Origin: Takakia lepidozioides
Lineage: Eukaryota; Plantae; Bryophyta
Assembly: GCA_030704615.1 (NCBI GenBank)
Contig: CM060731.1
Span: 90,830,001-90,894,000, forward strand
Length of the DNA: 64,000 nucleotides
Direction: 5' to 3'
Shown here: positions 36,358 to 47,800 of the stretch, in pieces
Numbering within the stretch: the first letter of the stretch is position 1
How the letters are laid out: every line of letters begins with the position of its first letter
Notes under the pieces: generated by a model
Database searches by the model: none
What the model saw: only the letters and a program-made list of their open reading frames with translations
What the model was told of the DNA's origin: nothing
Translations under genes and position numbers: made by a program

Positions 36358-39300
36358 GGCGGATGGTTTGCGATCCCAAAACTTTTAGGTAGTGCACATT
36401 TGTCATTGCACCGTTCGAAGTCTACATGTCTTGCTGTCGCGATTGCACTACAATCATCTTTTGAGATGATCATAACTCTCATTGTTATTTGAGGAGGGAG
36501 GAAGTCTTCTCGTGGCAGCCTTTATGGCGCACACTTTGTGAGGATATTTTGTCGTCTTCGTAATTGTAAAGTGAAACAAACATTGTAATTGCACAATGTT
36601 GGATGCTGCAATTGTAGGCCTCAACGCTCGTCTTGATTCTATTTAGGCAAGATTCCCTGCATTAATTCCACGGTCATAGGACCATCCACGTTATAGGCGG
36701 CGCATGTTAATGCTGACGTGGCAGTTGACGGACAGTGCCACGTCATCATTTACCGCCACATCAGCATGCTGGACATGACGCTCACGCCACGTCAGCATGT
36801 GTGCAGGCTCACGCCACGTCAGCTGGCGTGAGCGTACGCTCACGCCACGTCACTCCTGCGTGAGCGTACGCTCGCGCGCTCACGTGCAACGCTCACGCCA
36901 TTGCGTCGTTGGTCATTTTGGGTTGATGGTCGGTTGAATCCTCCATGGTTGAAAGAAAAGCTAGCTGCCATGACACGAGGTCAAGGACAAAGTCGGCTCA
37001 TTCTTCAGCACATTTCAGCCTGTTTTGCCCTCTTATCAGAGTCGACCCTGATTTCCATGTTGAATTCTACAAGTTAGCTTGTTGGGTTGATCTATGGTTG
37101 GGTCTATTTTTTTTGGCATGTGACTGCCAATGTGGCAACAGGAAAGTATCCAAGAACATATAGGGATGAGGAGAAGCTGTGGAAGGAATATTTTTGCGAC
37201 CCCAGTCAATGGTGGGACGATCGAGGGAAAAAGGTGAATGCCTGTTATAATACAGTGAGAAGCAGACGCCATTTAGCATAGGAACTAGTGTGTTATGAGT
37301 AGGGTTGGGGTGTTTGCTAGAACAAATCTAGGCTGTCATTGTCAGCCGTTCGAAGCAAGGCGAGGATGTATGCGTGATGTGTGCAGAGGCTGGGATAGCT
37401 GAAGGAGCAGGGATAGAGTGTGGGTCCAGATTCATCCAATAGGGCAGGATATCAAGCACAAGATTACCTATGATTCCCAGTGGATCAGAGCTACAAGAAA
37501 CCTAGGCACCTTCTTCTTCGACATATTTCAGCTTGTTTTGCCCTCTCACCAGACTTGGCCCTGAGATGCATATTGAATGCTGTAAGTTAGCTTGTTGCTT
37601 GTTGCTCGTTGATAAGTAGGGTTGGGGGTGTTTGTTGGAACAATTCTAGGCTGTCATTGTCAGCTGCTAGCAGGAAGGCAAAGATGTATGCATGATTTTG
37701 TGCAGAGGTATAGATAGCTAAAGGAGCAGGGATAGAGTGTGTGTCCAGATTCATCCAAGAGGGCCGGATTTCAAGCTCCACATTACCTATGATTCCCTTT
37801 GGAAGGATAGATACAAGAAACCTGCATTGATAGATGGTCAACTGGAAGCCACAGCAGCAGCGGCACAATTGATAAAATCAGGCACTGCTAATGAAGGCAC
37901 CTTCTTCAATACATTTCACCATATTTTTCCCTCTTATCAGAATCGGCCCTCAATTCTCATGTTGAATTTTGCAAGTTAGCTGTTGAGTGAATGTAGTTGG
38001 GAGTGACTTTGACATGATACTGCCAATGTGACAAGGATATGCATTGAACTCATTGGTAGCGGGATATTGGGATAACTCTTGGCCATGTGCAATCGTCAAA
38101 GCTGAAATTGTACTAGTTGTCATTCTGAACACTGCCCTGGTGGACATGTATGCCAAATGTGGGTGCAACAAGCCTGATGCAAAGGGAGAGTTCGACAACA
38201 TGGCTAAATGAGATGTGGTGTTGTGGAGTGCCATGATTGCAAGGTATGTGCAGCATGGGTGTGAGATTAAGGCTTTGGAAACCTAAGAGCAAATGATGTG
38301 GAAAAGGATGAAGCCAGACCAGGTCATGTTCATTTGTAATATGCATATGCGAGCCTAGAAGCCCTGGGAAGGGGCCAAGAGGTTCATGGTGACATCATCA
38401 AAGCTGTAATTGTACCTAATGTCATTCTGAACATTCCCTTGGTGTACATGTATGTCAAATGTCCATTCGACACCCATCGCACCATGTCAGGTTGAGGTCC
38501 TCACACACACACCTACACATCGAGAATTTGCGAACCCACATCAGCTGGGAGAACATGGAAATTACCCCGTGGATCACATGCAATCATGAATGAGAAATGG
38601 GTTTATGTTACATTGGGAGATTTTGGTGTACCTGCGCGACATGCAACTCTGTCTACATACTCCATAAGTCGCTGTCCCAAGACCCAAGTGGACAGGGGAG
38701 GCCGGTGAGTCTATACCACAAATGGTAATCATACAGCAGAGGGTACTGCTGCCCAACGTGCAAAAGCCGCCGGCTGCAGGATGCTAGGCATGCGAACTCG
38801 GGCACAGCACGCCTCCTCTGCACCCCACTCCGTCCCAACCAGTGCACAACAACCGTGCATGCATTGACTGCCCTCTAGCTTTCTCTCCGGGCATTTGGGG
38901 GTCTGCAATCTGCTACACGTAAGTGTCTTTGAATGCGACGATCAAAGGATCCGGTCACTTGCAGTTGCCGTCTCAAGGGCAGCATTGCAAGAATCAGAAT
39001 TAAGTAAGAAAGATGGTGGAAGAAGCTGCAAACAGCAAATGAGTGAAGTGGCAGGGCGATGCTCCATTTTTAACATGCTCCCCTTCCCGCCATGGTGATA
39101 GAGCCACACAAATGGACTCCCTTCCCGCCACGGTGCAATTTCACGGCAACGGAACGGGATTGTCCGCCGAAACGTGATTTGGAGATGGCCTAAGACAAGT
39201 GGCGCAGGTTCTGGCCTTGTAGTCAGGTTGTTCACACTTCAATGCACACATTTCATACACATTCAACCATATGCCCAAGATCACAACGTCGTCAATCGTG

Positions 39301-39706
39301 AAAATTGGAATTCCACGTACGTCCTTCGATTCCTTACACACACACGAACTGTAGAGACAGGTCGTTTTCCAAGATGTCGTTGTTTGAGTCGATTTTGGTC
39401 ATTTCTCTCAGTGTCTTGTTGAAAAGATTCTAGTTATGATGGGAAGCATCGTGATGGCTTTCAAATGGTTTGCTGTTGAGTGTAACTTTTCATCATGTTG
39501 TGGAATCTACCGGTTGGTATAAAATGTCAACTGTCTTCTCTGCCAAAGGATGTGCGGCTGAACCTTTCAAATTGAGATTGCAGGAGGAGGGAATTGACGG
39601 TAGTGAAATGGGAGTGGCAGAGCCAAATTGAGGAATCTCTGCAAAGGAGAATCCGGCCCCCTGCAACGGCGTGCACAAACAGCATTGAAGAGGCTCCCCA
39701 ACAAAA

Positions 39707-42700
39707 ATGAGTTCCCCTCGCCCATGCGGAGGACTTCCAATTAATCACCCCTGTAGACAGAACACCCGAGATGACAGGTTGTGGGAGAGAGAAGTGGCAC
39801 GTGCCCGAGCCCTTGGGCTTTCAAGGATGCCATGCCCATGTGAACGTTGTTTGGGCACTACAAGTAGATCTGAGGACGGTGTGCGCACACATCTCCTTCA
39901 CCACAAAAGACATGAAGCATTTCAGGTGTGGATTGGAGATGGACTTGCAGACAAAGACGATGAGGAGTGGGCACAATTGGACAATGCACACCCCCGAGGG
40001 AGCCATACAGACAGGCCAGACGAGGACTATGTCATGGGCGCAGGACATGAACCAGGCATGGACAGAGGGGTGGAGATTACTCGAATGTTGCAGGAAGCAT
40101 TCCACATCATGAACGATGCTGAAGAGGGGGACGGCGCTGCGACAACTGGGGATGGTGATGACGCAGGAAATGAAGGCATTCACGTGGGGGAAGGCGTGGA
40201 AGGAGGTGGAGATGGAGAATTGAATTCTGCACACATGACACTAGAAGAAGCATGTGTGCCACTGTACGAGGGATGCAAATCCACAAAGCTTGCTGCCACC
40301 ATGCTGTTGATGAACCTGTGCACAACCCACGGTGTCTCAGACCATTTTGTGGACGAGTTGTTCTCTTTGCTTCGGCTGAACTTGCTTCCACAACCAAATG
40401 AAATGCCAAAAAGCTGTCACATGGCCAACCAAATGATTGGGAAGCTCGGCCTCAACTACGTGAAAATACATGCATGTCCAAAAGGACATGTACTTTTCAG
40501 AAGAGAGTACAAGGATGCTATGGAGTGCCCCAAATGCGGTGCAGCCCGATACCATGATGTGGGCAGGTTACAACAGCCAGCCAAGGTGTTGAGGCACTTT
40601 CCCCTTATCCCCCGTCTATTACGAATGTACAAATGCAAGACCATTAGTGAGCTCATGACTTGGCATTCCAGGAATGCCTCAAACGATGGTTTGGTAAGGC
40701 ATGTCCCAGATTCCCTTGCATGGAAGCATATAGATGCAACTTGGCCCGATTTTGCCGAGGACCCACGCAATGTGCGATTGGCTGTATCTACGGATGGAGT
40801 AAACCCATACGGATCAAAGAGTTGCACATGGTCCACATGGCCCGTGCAGTTGGTGGCATACAACCTGCCACCATGGTTGACAACAAAGAAATTCTTTGTC
40901 ATGTTGTCTCTCTTGATTCCAGGTAAGGAGTCCGTGACAAATGCAAACATAGATGTGTATTTGCAACCATTGATTGAAGAGCTACAAGAACTATGGATTG
41001 GAGTTGAAGCTTACGACATTTTGAAACCAGTAGGGCAACGGAGTTTCACCCTCCGTGCCATACTCATGTGGTCAATCCACGATTTCCCCGCATATGGCCT
41101 TGTTGCGGGTTGCAAGACGAAGGGCTACAAAGGGTGCCCCATTTGTGGGCCCTATGTGGATTCACGGCACTCAAAGCCACTAGGGAAGATAATATACATG
41201 GGGCATCGACGTTACCTTGCAAGAAACCACCCCTACCGACGAGCAGGAAGGCACTTCAATGGATGTGTTGAAAAGAGAATGGCACCAAATGCTGTGACAC
41301 CGGAGGAGACATTGCAATTTGCAAAGGAGAAAGAGGCGTTCATGGAGATTGGAGGGAGAGACGGAAGTAGTGCGGATCCAGCCATGGAGCACGGGGTGAA
41401 GCGCCGGACAATCCTTTGGGATTTGCCATACTGGAAGGTGCATGAATCCCCCCCCCCCCCCCCATTCACTCACTTTCTTTCACATTGTGCTTCCTGGAAT
41501 TACCTTTATTGTCAGGAGTCCTTCCACCAACTCCTAAGTCAGTGTAACTACTATGCAGTAGATGTTGAAGTCGTACACCTCACTGTGGAGAGGATCGTGG
41601 AGTTGTTGAAAGCAGAATGTAGTAACATGGACAACTTCTGCCACATATTCTACTTTTTTTGCCCATAGAACTTGGTCTCATGGGAGGACATTTGGCATTT
41701 CAGAACCTCTTGCAGCGGTACCTCCTGGACCCCATGCATTGTGAGAAGAACTTCTGCGAGAACATTCTGAAGACTATCTTTGGGGAGAAGGATACGATAA
41801 ATGTACGAAAGGACATGGAGATTGAAGGGATACGGTCACATCTGTGGCTAAGGCCTGATCCAAATAGACCAGGCAAAGTGCTCATGCCAGCAGCATCATA
41901 CGTCCTGACCAAATCAGAGCAAGAGGATTTTTTGAAGACATTGGGAGCCATGAAAGTGCCAACCGGATTCTCGGGTGCTTTCCAAAAGCATGCCATAAAC
42001 AAGAAATGGTCGGGGATGAAGTCACATGATCTACACGTGATGATGCAACAGATTTTGCCAGTGTGCATTCGGGGTACGATGGCGCCAGGTCCTCGAACAG
42101 CCATAATGCGTGTAAGTCGAGTGTTTAGGAAGATTTGTATGAAGGTGTGGGATCCGAGGGACATTACATCGTTGCATGAGGATGTGGCTATGACCCTATG
42201 TTTGCTGGAGAAAGAATTCCATCCATCATTCTTTGACGTCATGACGCACTTGCTAGTGCATCTTGTAGAGGAGTTGCATGTGTGTGGGCCCGTAGCCAGC
42301 CGGTGGATGTACCCCATGGAGAGGTACATGAAGGATCTGAAGGGGTATGTACGCAACATGGCACGGCCAGAGGGGAGTATGGCGGAGGGCTACATCCGCG
42401 ACGAAGCCCTGGGCTTCATGAAAGAGTATATGTCTTCATTTGATGCAATACAACGACGGGTGTGGGACGAGAACGAGGAAGAAGGAGTTGTAGGCGAGGT
42501 CCTAGAAGGTGGTGGAACAAAGCGTGCCATGAGCCCGCGCCTTCGGGATGTGGCACATGATTATGCGCTGAACAACACAACAACCATGACACCATGGAGA
42601 CAGTGGGTGCCAACTTACATCCCTCCTGTGCTATTCTTAATGGTCTTTGTATGTTACATATATATTGTCACAAGTCATTCCGGCCACTATGGGAGTGGGA

Positions 42701-43781
42701 TCGTGTACTAACAGGGTGCTTCAGACGACTACAGAGGGTGTTTCGTAGATCTTGGTTGTTGCTTGCAAGTGATTATGAAGTAGGCTGCATCACTACAGTG
42801 TGCTTGAAAGGACACACACCCTGCATGTGGCATGCATATACAACACGGTGTTGGTCAGGGGGACTGAGTTGCAGCTTCTATTTGGTTTCTGCCAGAAAGT
42901 ACGCAGCGGAGAAGGTCCGCCTGAAAACGGAACGGAGTGCATTTGCAAAAGCATGGCGGAGGGGCGGTCGTAGGCGCAGATCCCCGATGGAGTACCCCAC
43001 AACAATGGAGGAGCTGCAGCCCTTTACAGTGTGGGTCAGATCTGCAATTGCACTGTACGCATCAGAGAACGAGAACCCAGATGAGGGCATGGTGAGTCTG
43101 TCATTCCCCCCAGGGCTGATTGCCACTTCGTACCGGTCAATGAAAGCATATGGTAATCACTATAGAGTGAACGATGCCAACACCAGCCTCCTGGTGACTT
43201 ATGACAGCGGAGTGGCATCATTTTTTGAACAAGAGAGTAGGAGCTGTGCACGAGATCAGAATCCAATTTCATGCCATGTGCAATATGTAGGAGTGATCAA
43301 AGAGATCCTTAAACTAGACCATGGTCTTGTGAAGCCAATTCTATTCCGTTGTTCTTGGGTAAAAGCCAATATGGTAGGAGAGAATGCCACCATGAAACGG
43401 GATGAGTACGGGTTCCTCCTTGCTGATTTCAGAAAAATGCTACCACAAGATGAAGAGCCATTCATCTTCCCATCGCAAGTTGAGCAAGTTTTCTTTTCAG
43501 ATGATACCCATGCGCCGGGATGGAAGGTGGTTCTTCACAAGGACCCCCGGGCCAAACGAGTCGTGGCCGACGTCCATGATCTGGACCTAGGGGAGAATGC
43601 CAACCACGAGGGTCTAAGGGAACCACGAAATCTACCAGATACGGCCGAACCAGTCTCTTTGGAAGGAGCAGTTACCTTTAATGAGGAAGACATTCCAGGG
43701 TTGGTAATTACCGCAAGGCAAATTGCAGATGTGGGTAGTGAATGGGAAGATTATTTGGATATAGATAGTGAGCCCAGCTGA
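39707..43781 (+). CDS. CACTA/En-Spm TnpD-like transposase (Transposase_21, DUF4218, DUF4216), apparently intact
   Basis: Exons 39707-41437, 41704-42602 and 42896-43781 splice in frame (3516 nt). Motifs CPCERC, RNVRLAVSTDGVNPY, WSIHDFPAYG, DPMHCEKN, KSHDLH, WMYPMERYM and PFIFPSQVEQVFF. Element termini not identified. Confidence 0.9.
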
Positions 43782-44204
43782 ATCTCAGTGTCCATTAAGC
43801 GAGCAGCTCATAGACGAGAGCTATGCTAAGGACTCTTACTGTCCTTAGAACCCATTTTGTACAGTCCTGCAAGCGCGCAAGGGCGAGACAGTTAATAGTA
43901 TCGATAATGTCCCGGTATGTGGTCCGTACTGTCTTGTGAACAAACCTTTTTTTGTTCTGCCAATATTGTTTCTGACATGTGAGGAGAGGATCGTCTTCAT
44001 GTATGGGAAGTAGACGTGAATCGTGGGTGACGAGCGAATTTAGACAAGTGGCAAAGAAAAGCGCAACATTTAATATGCCCGTACCCGGGAATGAGGCGCA
44101 ACATTTACTTCAACATGAGGCTCCATAAAACCGCTCATCCCACGAAAGACCTACACGGTAGGAGATGGCGCCAACATGCTCATCGAAGCCCATCACAGGA
44201 TGGT

Positions 44205-44480
44205 AAATGGCGCCGAATTTCCATCCGTGTGGGCTTACATGGAGTCGTGCCGGAGGGCAAGGGCCCCCCTCACTTCCAGGGATCATCCCCTGGATGGGAA
44301 AACGGTGCCATCCGAGGGGGCTGGGTTGAAGTCGTCTCGGGGGGAGAGGCCGACATGTGGCTGCCAAAGTTAATCCCCCGGATGGAAAAACGGCGCCAAA
44401 TTTCCATCCGAGGGGGCTGGGATGAAGTCGTCTCGGGGGGAGAGGCCGACATGTGGCTGCCAAAGATCATCTCCCGCTGA
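44205..44480. repeat. ~95-bp tandem repeat (two good copies plus one degenerate)
   Basis: CCATCCGAGGGGGCTGGG.TGAAGTCGTCTCGGGGGGAGAGGCCGACATGTGGCTGCCAAAG at ~44308 and ~44404. Confidence 0.8.
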
Positions 44481-44489
44481 TCCCATCAC

Positions 44490-44825
44490 ATTGCGCACAC
44501 ACACCCTTTCTGGCTAATTCATCCGTTCCCAAGCCCTTCAAACCACAAACCTATCTGGAACCTCCGATCTAAACTATCTAAAGAAGCCAACAAACAAGCC
44601 ACCGCATCCCTTAGTCACATTAAACAACATATCCAAAAATGGACACACTCCACAATGCTGCACCACAAATTATCCAACCACTTTTGGCACATTAAAGCCA
44701 CATCTGATGCACAAATCTGACAAACGCTCAAGTTTAGATTTGCCCAATATATGGGGCACCAACGTAAACATACCTTCTGGCCAACCAATTTTCCATCCCC
44801 ACATTGTCCCCTCTGCTCACACATG
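44490..44825 (+). pseudogene. Non-LTR retrotransposon C-terminal Zn-finger fragment
   Basis: LSNHFW...TLKFRFAQYMGHQRKHTFW...HCPLCSH, truncated at the junction with the Gypsy sequence. Confidence 0.45.
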
Positions 44826-47800
44826 TGAATCAAATTCCCTGTGGAACTGAGAAGGAAAGATTGTCCAAACAATTCTTTCAGAGGTTCTTGGAATTGCCAG
44901 ACGGTTGCAAAGAAAACATTCTTAAGAGAGTGCATGATGTTGATCCTGAGGGGGGTCTGGAGAAAGGAGTGTTAAAGATTTATCAAGTGGCCTGTAGAGG
45001 GAGAGCAAGTTGGTTACCAACACTGGTTTATGTGATAGCATTGCTATCCATTAAACGAGTGGAGTTTGAAAGCTGGGAGGAACGTAAAGTGAATGTTTAC
45101 ACTCACATGCATGAAGAACTTGTACTGGTAAAGAATTGGATTCCTAAGGATATCCTGTGGATCAAACTTACACCAAGAACAGTTTTTCAGACGTGCTTGC
45201 CATATGGTTATATGGTAATGGAGACTTCTAGTATAGCCAAGGGTGCATTAAAGCTTGAAAGAAATCCAGGCATATACGAGAAATACTACAGAAGAGAGTT
45301 TTGGTTATTGCCTCATTAAAGATATGTAAGACATGGGACATGAGTGATGAAAGAGAAGCTAGACTCCACAAATATTCAGCAAAAAAAGAAAGTTATTTGA
45401 AAGCTAATTATCCATATCTTTGGGAGAAAGGAATAGACATAGGGGAATCATCTGGACCTCTCACACCATTAAGACCAGAGACTACCTCACCCATACCGGA
45501 AGAACCAGAGTTGGATGCCACTCCTTCTTATTCTTTACAAAAAAGATTAAGGGATTTGGTACAAGAAGAAGATCAGCCATGAGGGGAGAGATCTGAGGTA
45601 CATCCCTGGATTAAAGATTTGACAGAAATCTTTGATCAGAGTTGGCATGGGACACCAAAAGCAGGAACTCCAGTTTCTGAATCACAAAACAAAGAAAGAG
45701 AGGAAGATTTGGCAGAGCCAACGGAGAGTTCAGACTCTCCAACACCACTTCAGTTGAGTTATATGAGTGAGGAAGAGGAAATCCAAGAGAGGAACTTGGA
45801 AGATGAAAACAGAGAGAAGAATTTGGAAGATGAAGAGTATGAAGAAGTAGACTCAATAGTTGAGGTTGAGACTACAACCAGGACATCCCAACCTGTTGGA
45901 CCTGGATCAAGTGGAGCACTTGAATCACAGGCCAACGAAGGTGTCGGCTCAGGGGGATCAGGCGGGCAGCTTGGATCTGGCTCTGGGGGGACAGGGAGTG
46001 TGGGAAGTAGTGCAACTGGAGCTGGGGATACTATAAGTACAGAGGGGCCAGTAGCAGGGAGTGCTCAGGGGCCAACACTTGGTGGGAGTTCCACCACTAC
46101 AACAGCAAGTCCTCAAGGACCATCACCAACAAGAGGACCAACACCTATCAGTGGGCAGGATGTAGGGCCACAGATGGCGGTACCTCCAACACGAGCAAAA
46201 TCACATTTTCCAACATATGCAGGAAAAGGGGATCCTGATGTACACATCAGCCAATTTGAGCACATCATGTGTATTGTGAACAATGAGAATGGCGATGATG
46301 CCAAGATGAGACTGTTTCCTTGTTCACTTATCAAGAAAGCAAGTGAATGGTATGCAAGGTTTCATAATAATCATTTCCCAACCTGGAATGGCCTTAGTAC
46401 GACATTCTGAAACAGGTTCAGGACAAACAAAACTGAGGATGAAGTGTATGGGAGTTTACAAGAGTTAAGGCAAAAGAAGCATGAAACTGTTGAAGAGTAC
46501 ATGGAAAAGATGGAATTAATGATGAAAAAGCTGGCTGCTGCACCAGCACCAGGATTACAGAAGACCTGGTTTGTGAGTGGATTGAGACCAGAATTACAAA
46601 AGAAAGTGGATATGCTACCCCATAATACAGTGGAAGAGGCATTCGAAACAGCCAACAGAATTGAGCAATTGGGAATGCTCAGGAGAGAGAAAAGGGATGA
46701 TGAGGACTCTGAAGATGAGTCAGATGAGGAAGAAGAGCAAGAGCTCAAGAGGAAGAGTAAGAAGAAGGAAAAGTTGAAGAGGGATAACTATGAGAAAAGA
46801 CTGGAAGAAATCTTGAAAAAGTATGCCACAGAGGCTGCAACACATTGGAGGAAGGGTGTTTGGTGTGGAAAATGCCAGAATGAAGGCCATACCACAGCTG
46901 AATGCCACATGAAGGAGAAACACTGTACTATCTGTAAAATGGATAACCATTCTACTGAGAATTGTTATTACAATAGAAGGACAGTTGCAAGAGAACCTAG
47001 GCAAGTGAGGGTGCATCAAGTGCATCCCCAACCACTATGGTAGGCCTGGTGGTTATAACAATGGTATGGCAGGAAGAGGAAATCCAAGAGGAAATTACCA
47101 AGGCAGCCCCAGAGGCAATTATCAGGGTAATCCAAGGGGGAATTACCAGCTAGGGAATCAGGATTATATGAATAATCCCAGAATAGACCAAGGGCGAGGA
47201 CCCAATGGTGAAGAACTGTGTTACTATTGTAACCAGACAGGACATCGCAAAGCAGCCTGTCCATTGTGGATCAGGCACCAGAATGAGATGAGAACTCCTG
47301 AGAACGAGGGCCCAGTAGTGGCAGCTCACATGGTTAGGCCATATCTTGTACCAGAAGTAAGTACAATGATAGTTACCAGAAGCAAAGCTAAAATAATTCC
47401 TCCAGTGGATGAGGAAGAAGATGTTAATGAAGATGGCAGTGATGTGCCTGGTTGGAGAGATGAGAAGGAACCTCACAATGAAGTGGCTGATAACATAAGG
47501 GAAATGCAGAAGGATACTGATATCCCTATAGCAGATTCTTCTGACTCTGAAGGAGAAGATGAAGAAGGTGAAGAGAAAGTGAAGCAGGAGGCTTCACAAG
47601 TGTAGGGTAATGAAGGGACTTTGGCTGAAGTAATATGCCAGTCCAAAGCTGAGATTACCATTGGACAGCTATTGGCTGTGGCACCTCATTGTAGGCACAG
47701 GCTGTATCAAGCAATCAATCGGATTGCTCATGTGACAAATAACACTAACCTGGGCAACAAGGTGACAAGTTATAATGTGAAGCCTGAAGGCCGAGAAACA

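Larger units (their letters stand above)
25773..36911 (+). mobile_element. Full-length Mutator-like (MULE) DNA transposon, copy 3, with two divergent genes
   Basis: Imperfect TIRs: left CAGGGATGCCTCGGCGTGAGCCTGGTCACGTGAGCGCG; right, reverse-complemented, CAACGACGCAATGGCGTGAGCGTTGCACGTGAGCGCG. 9-bp TSD GTCGTTTTG (25764-72) / GTCATTTTG (36912-20). DDE transposase with CxxH and SWIM. Confidence 0.88.
24825..38462 (+). pseudogene. Decayed OSB-like (PDF-motif) plus PLS-PPR gene, split by the 11-kb transposon
   Basis: PDF-type motifs WHEFSKDPHQWWD (~25475), WKEYFCDPSQWWDDR (~37180) and HPRGPDFKLHITYDSLW (~37750). PPR remnants NTALVDMYAKCG and DVVLWSAMIARYVQHG (38130-38260) with stops. Internal duplications at 37007-37990. 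Confidence 0.6.

Noticed and set aside
39771-43465. Numerous overlapping antisense and alternate-frame ORFs over transposase and ABC1K8 regions
   Set aside because: Shadow ORFs of real coding sequence with no independent motifs.
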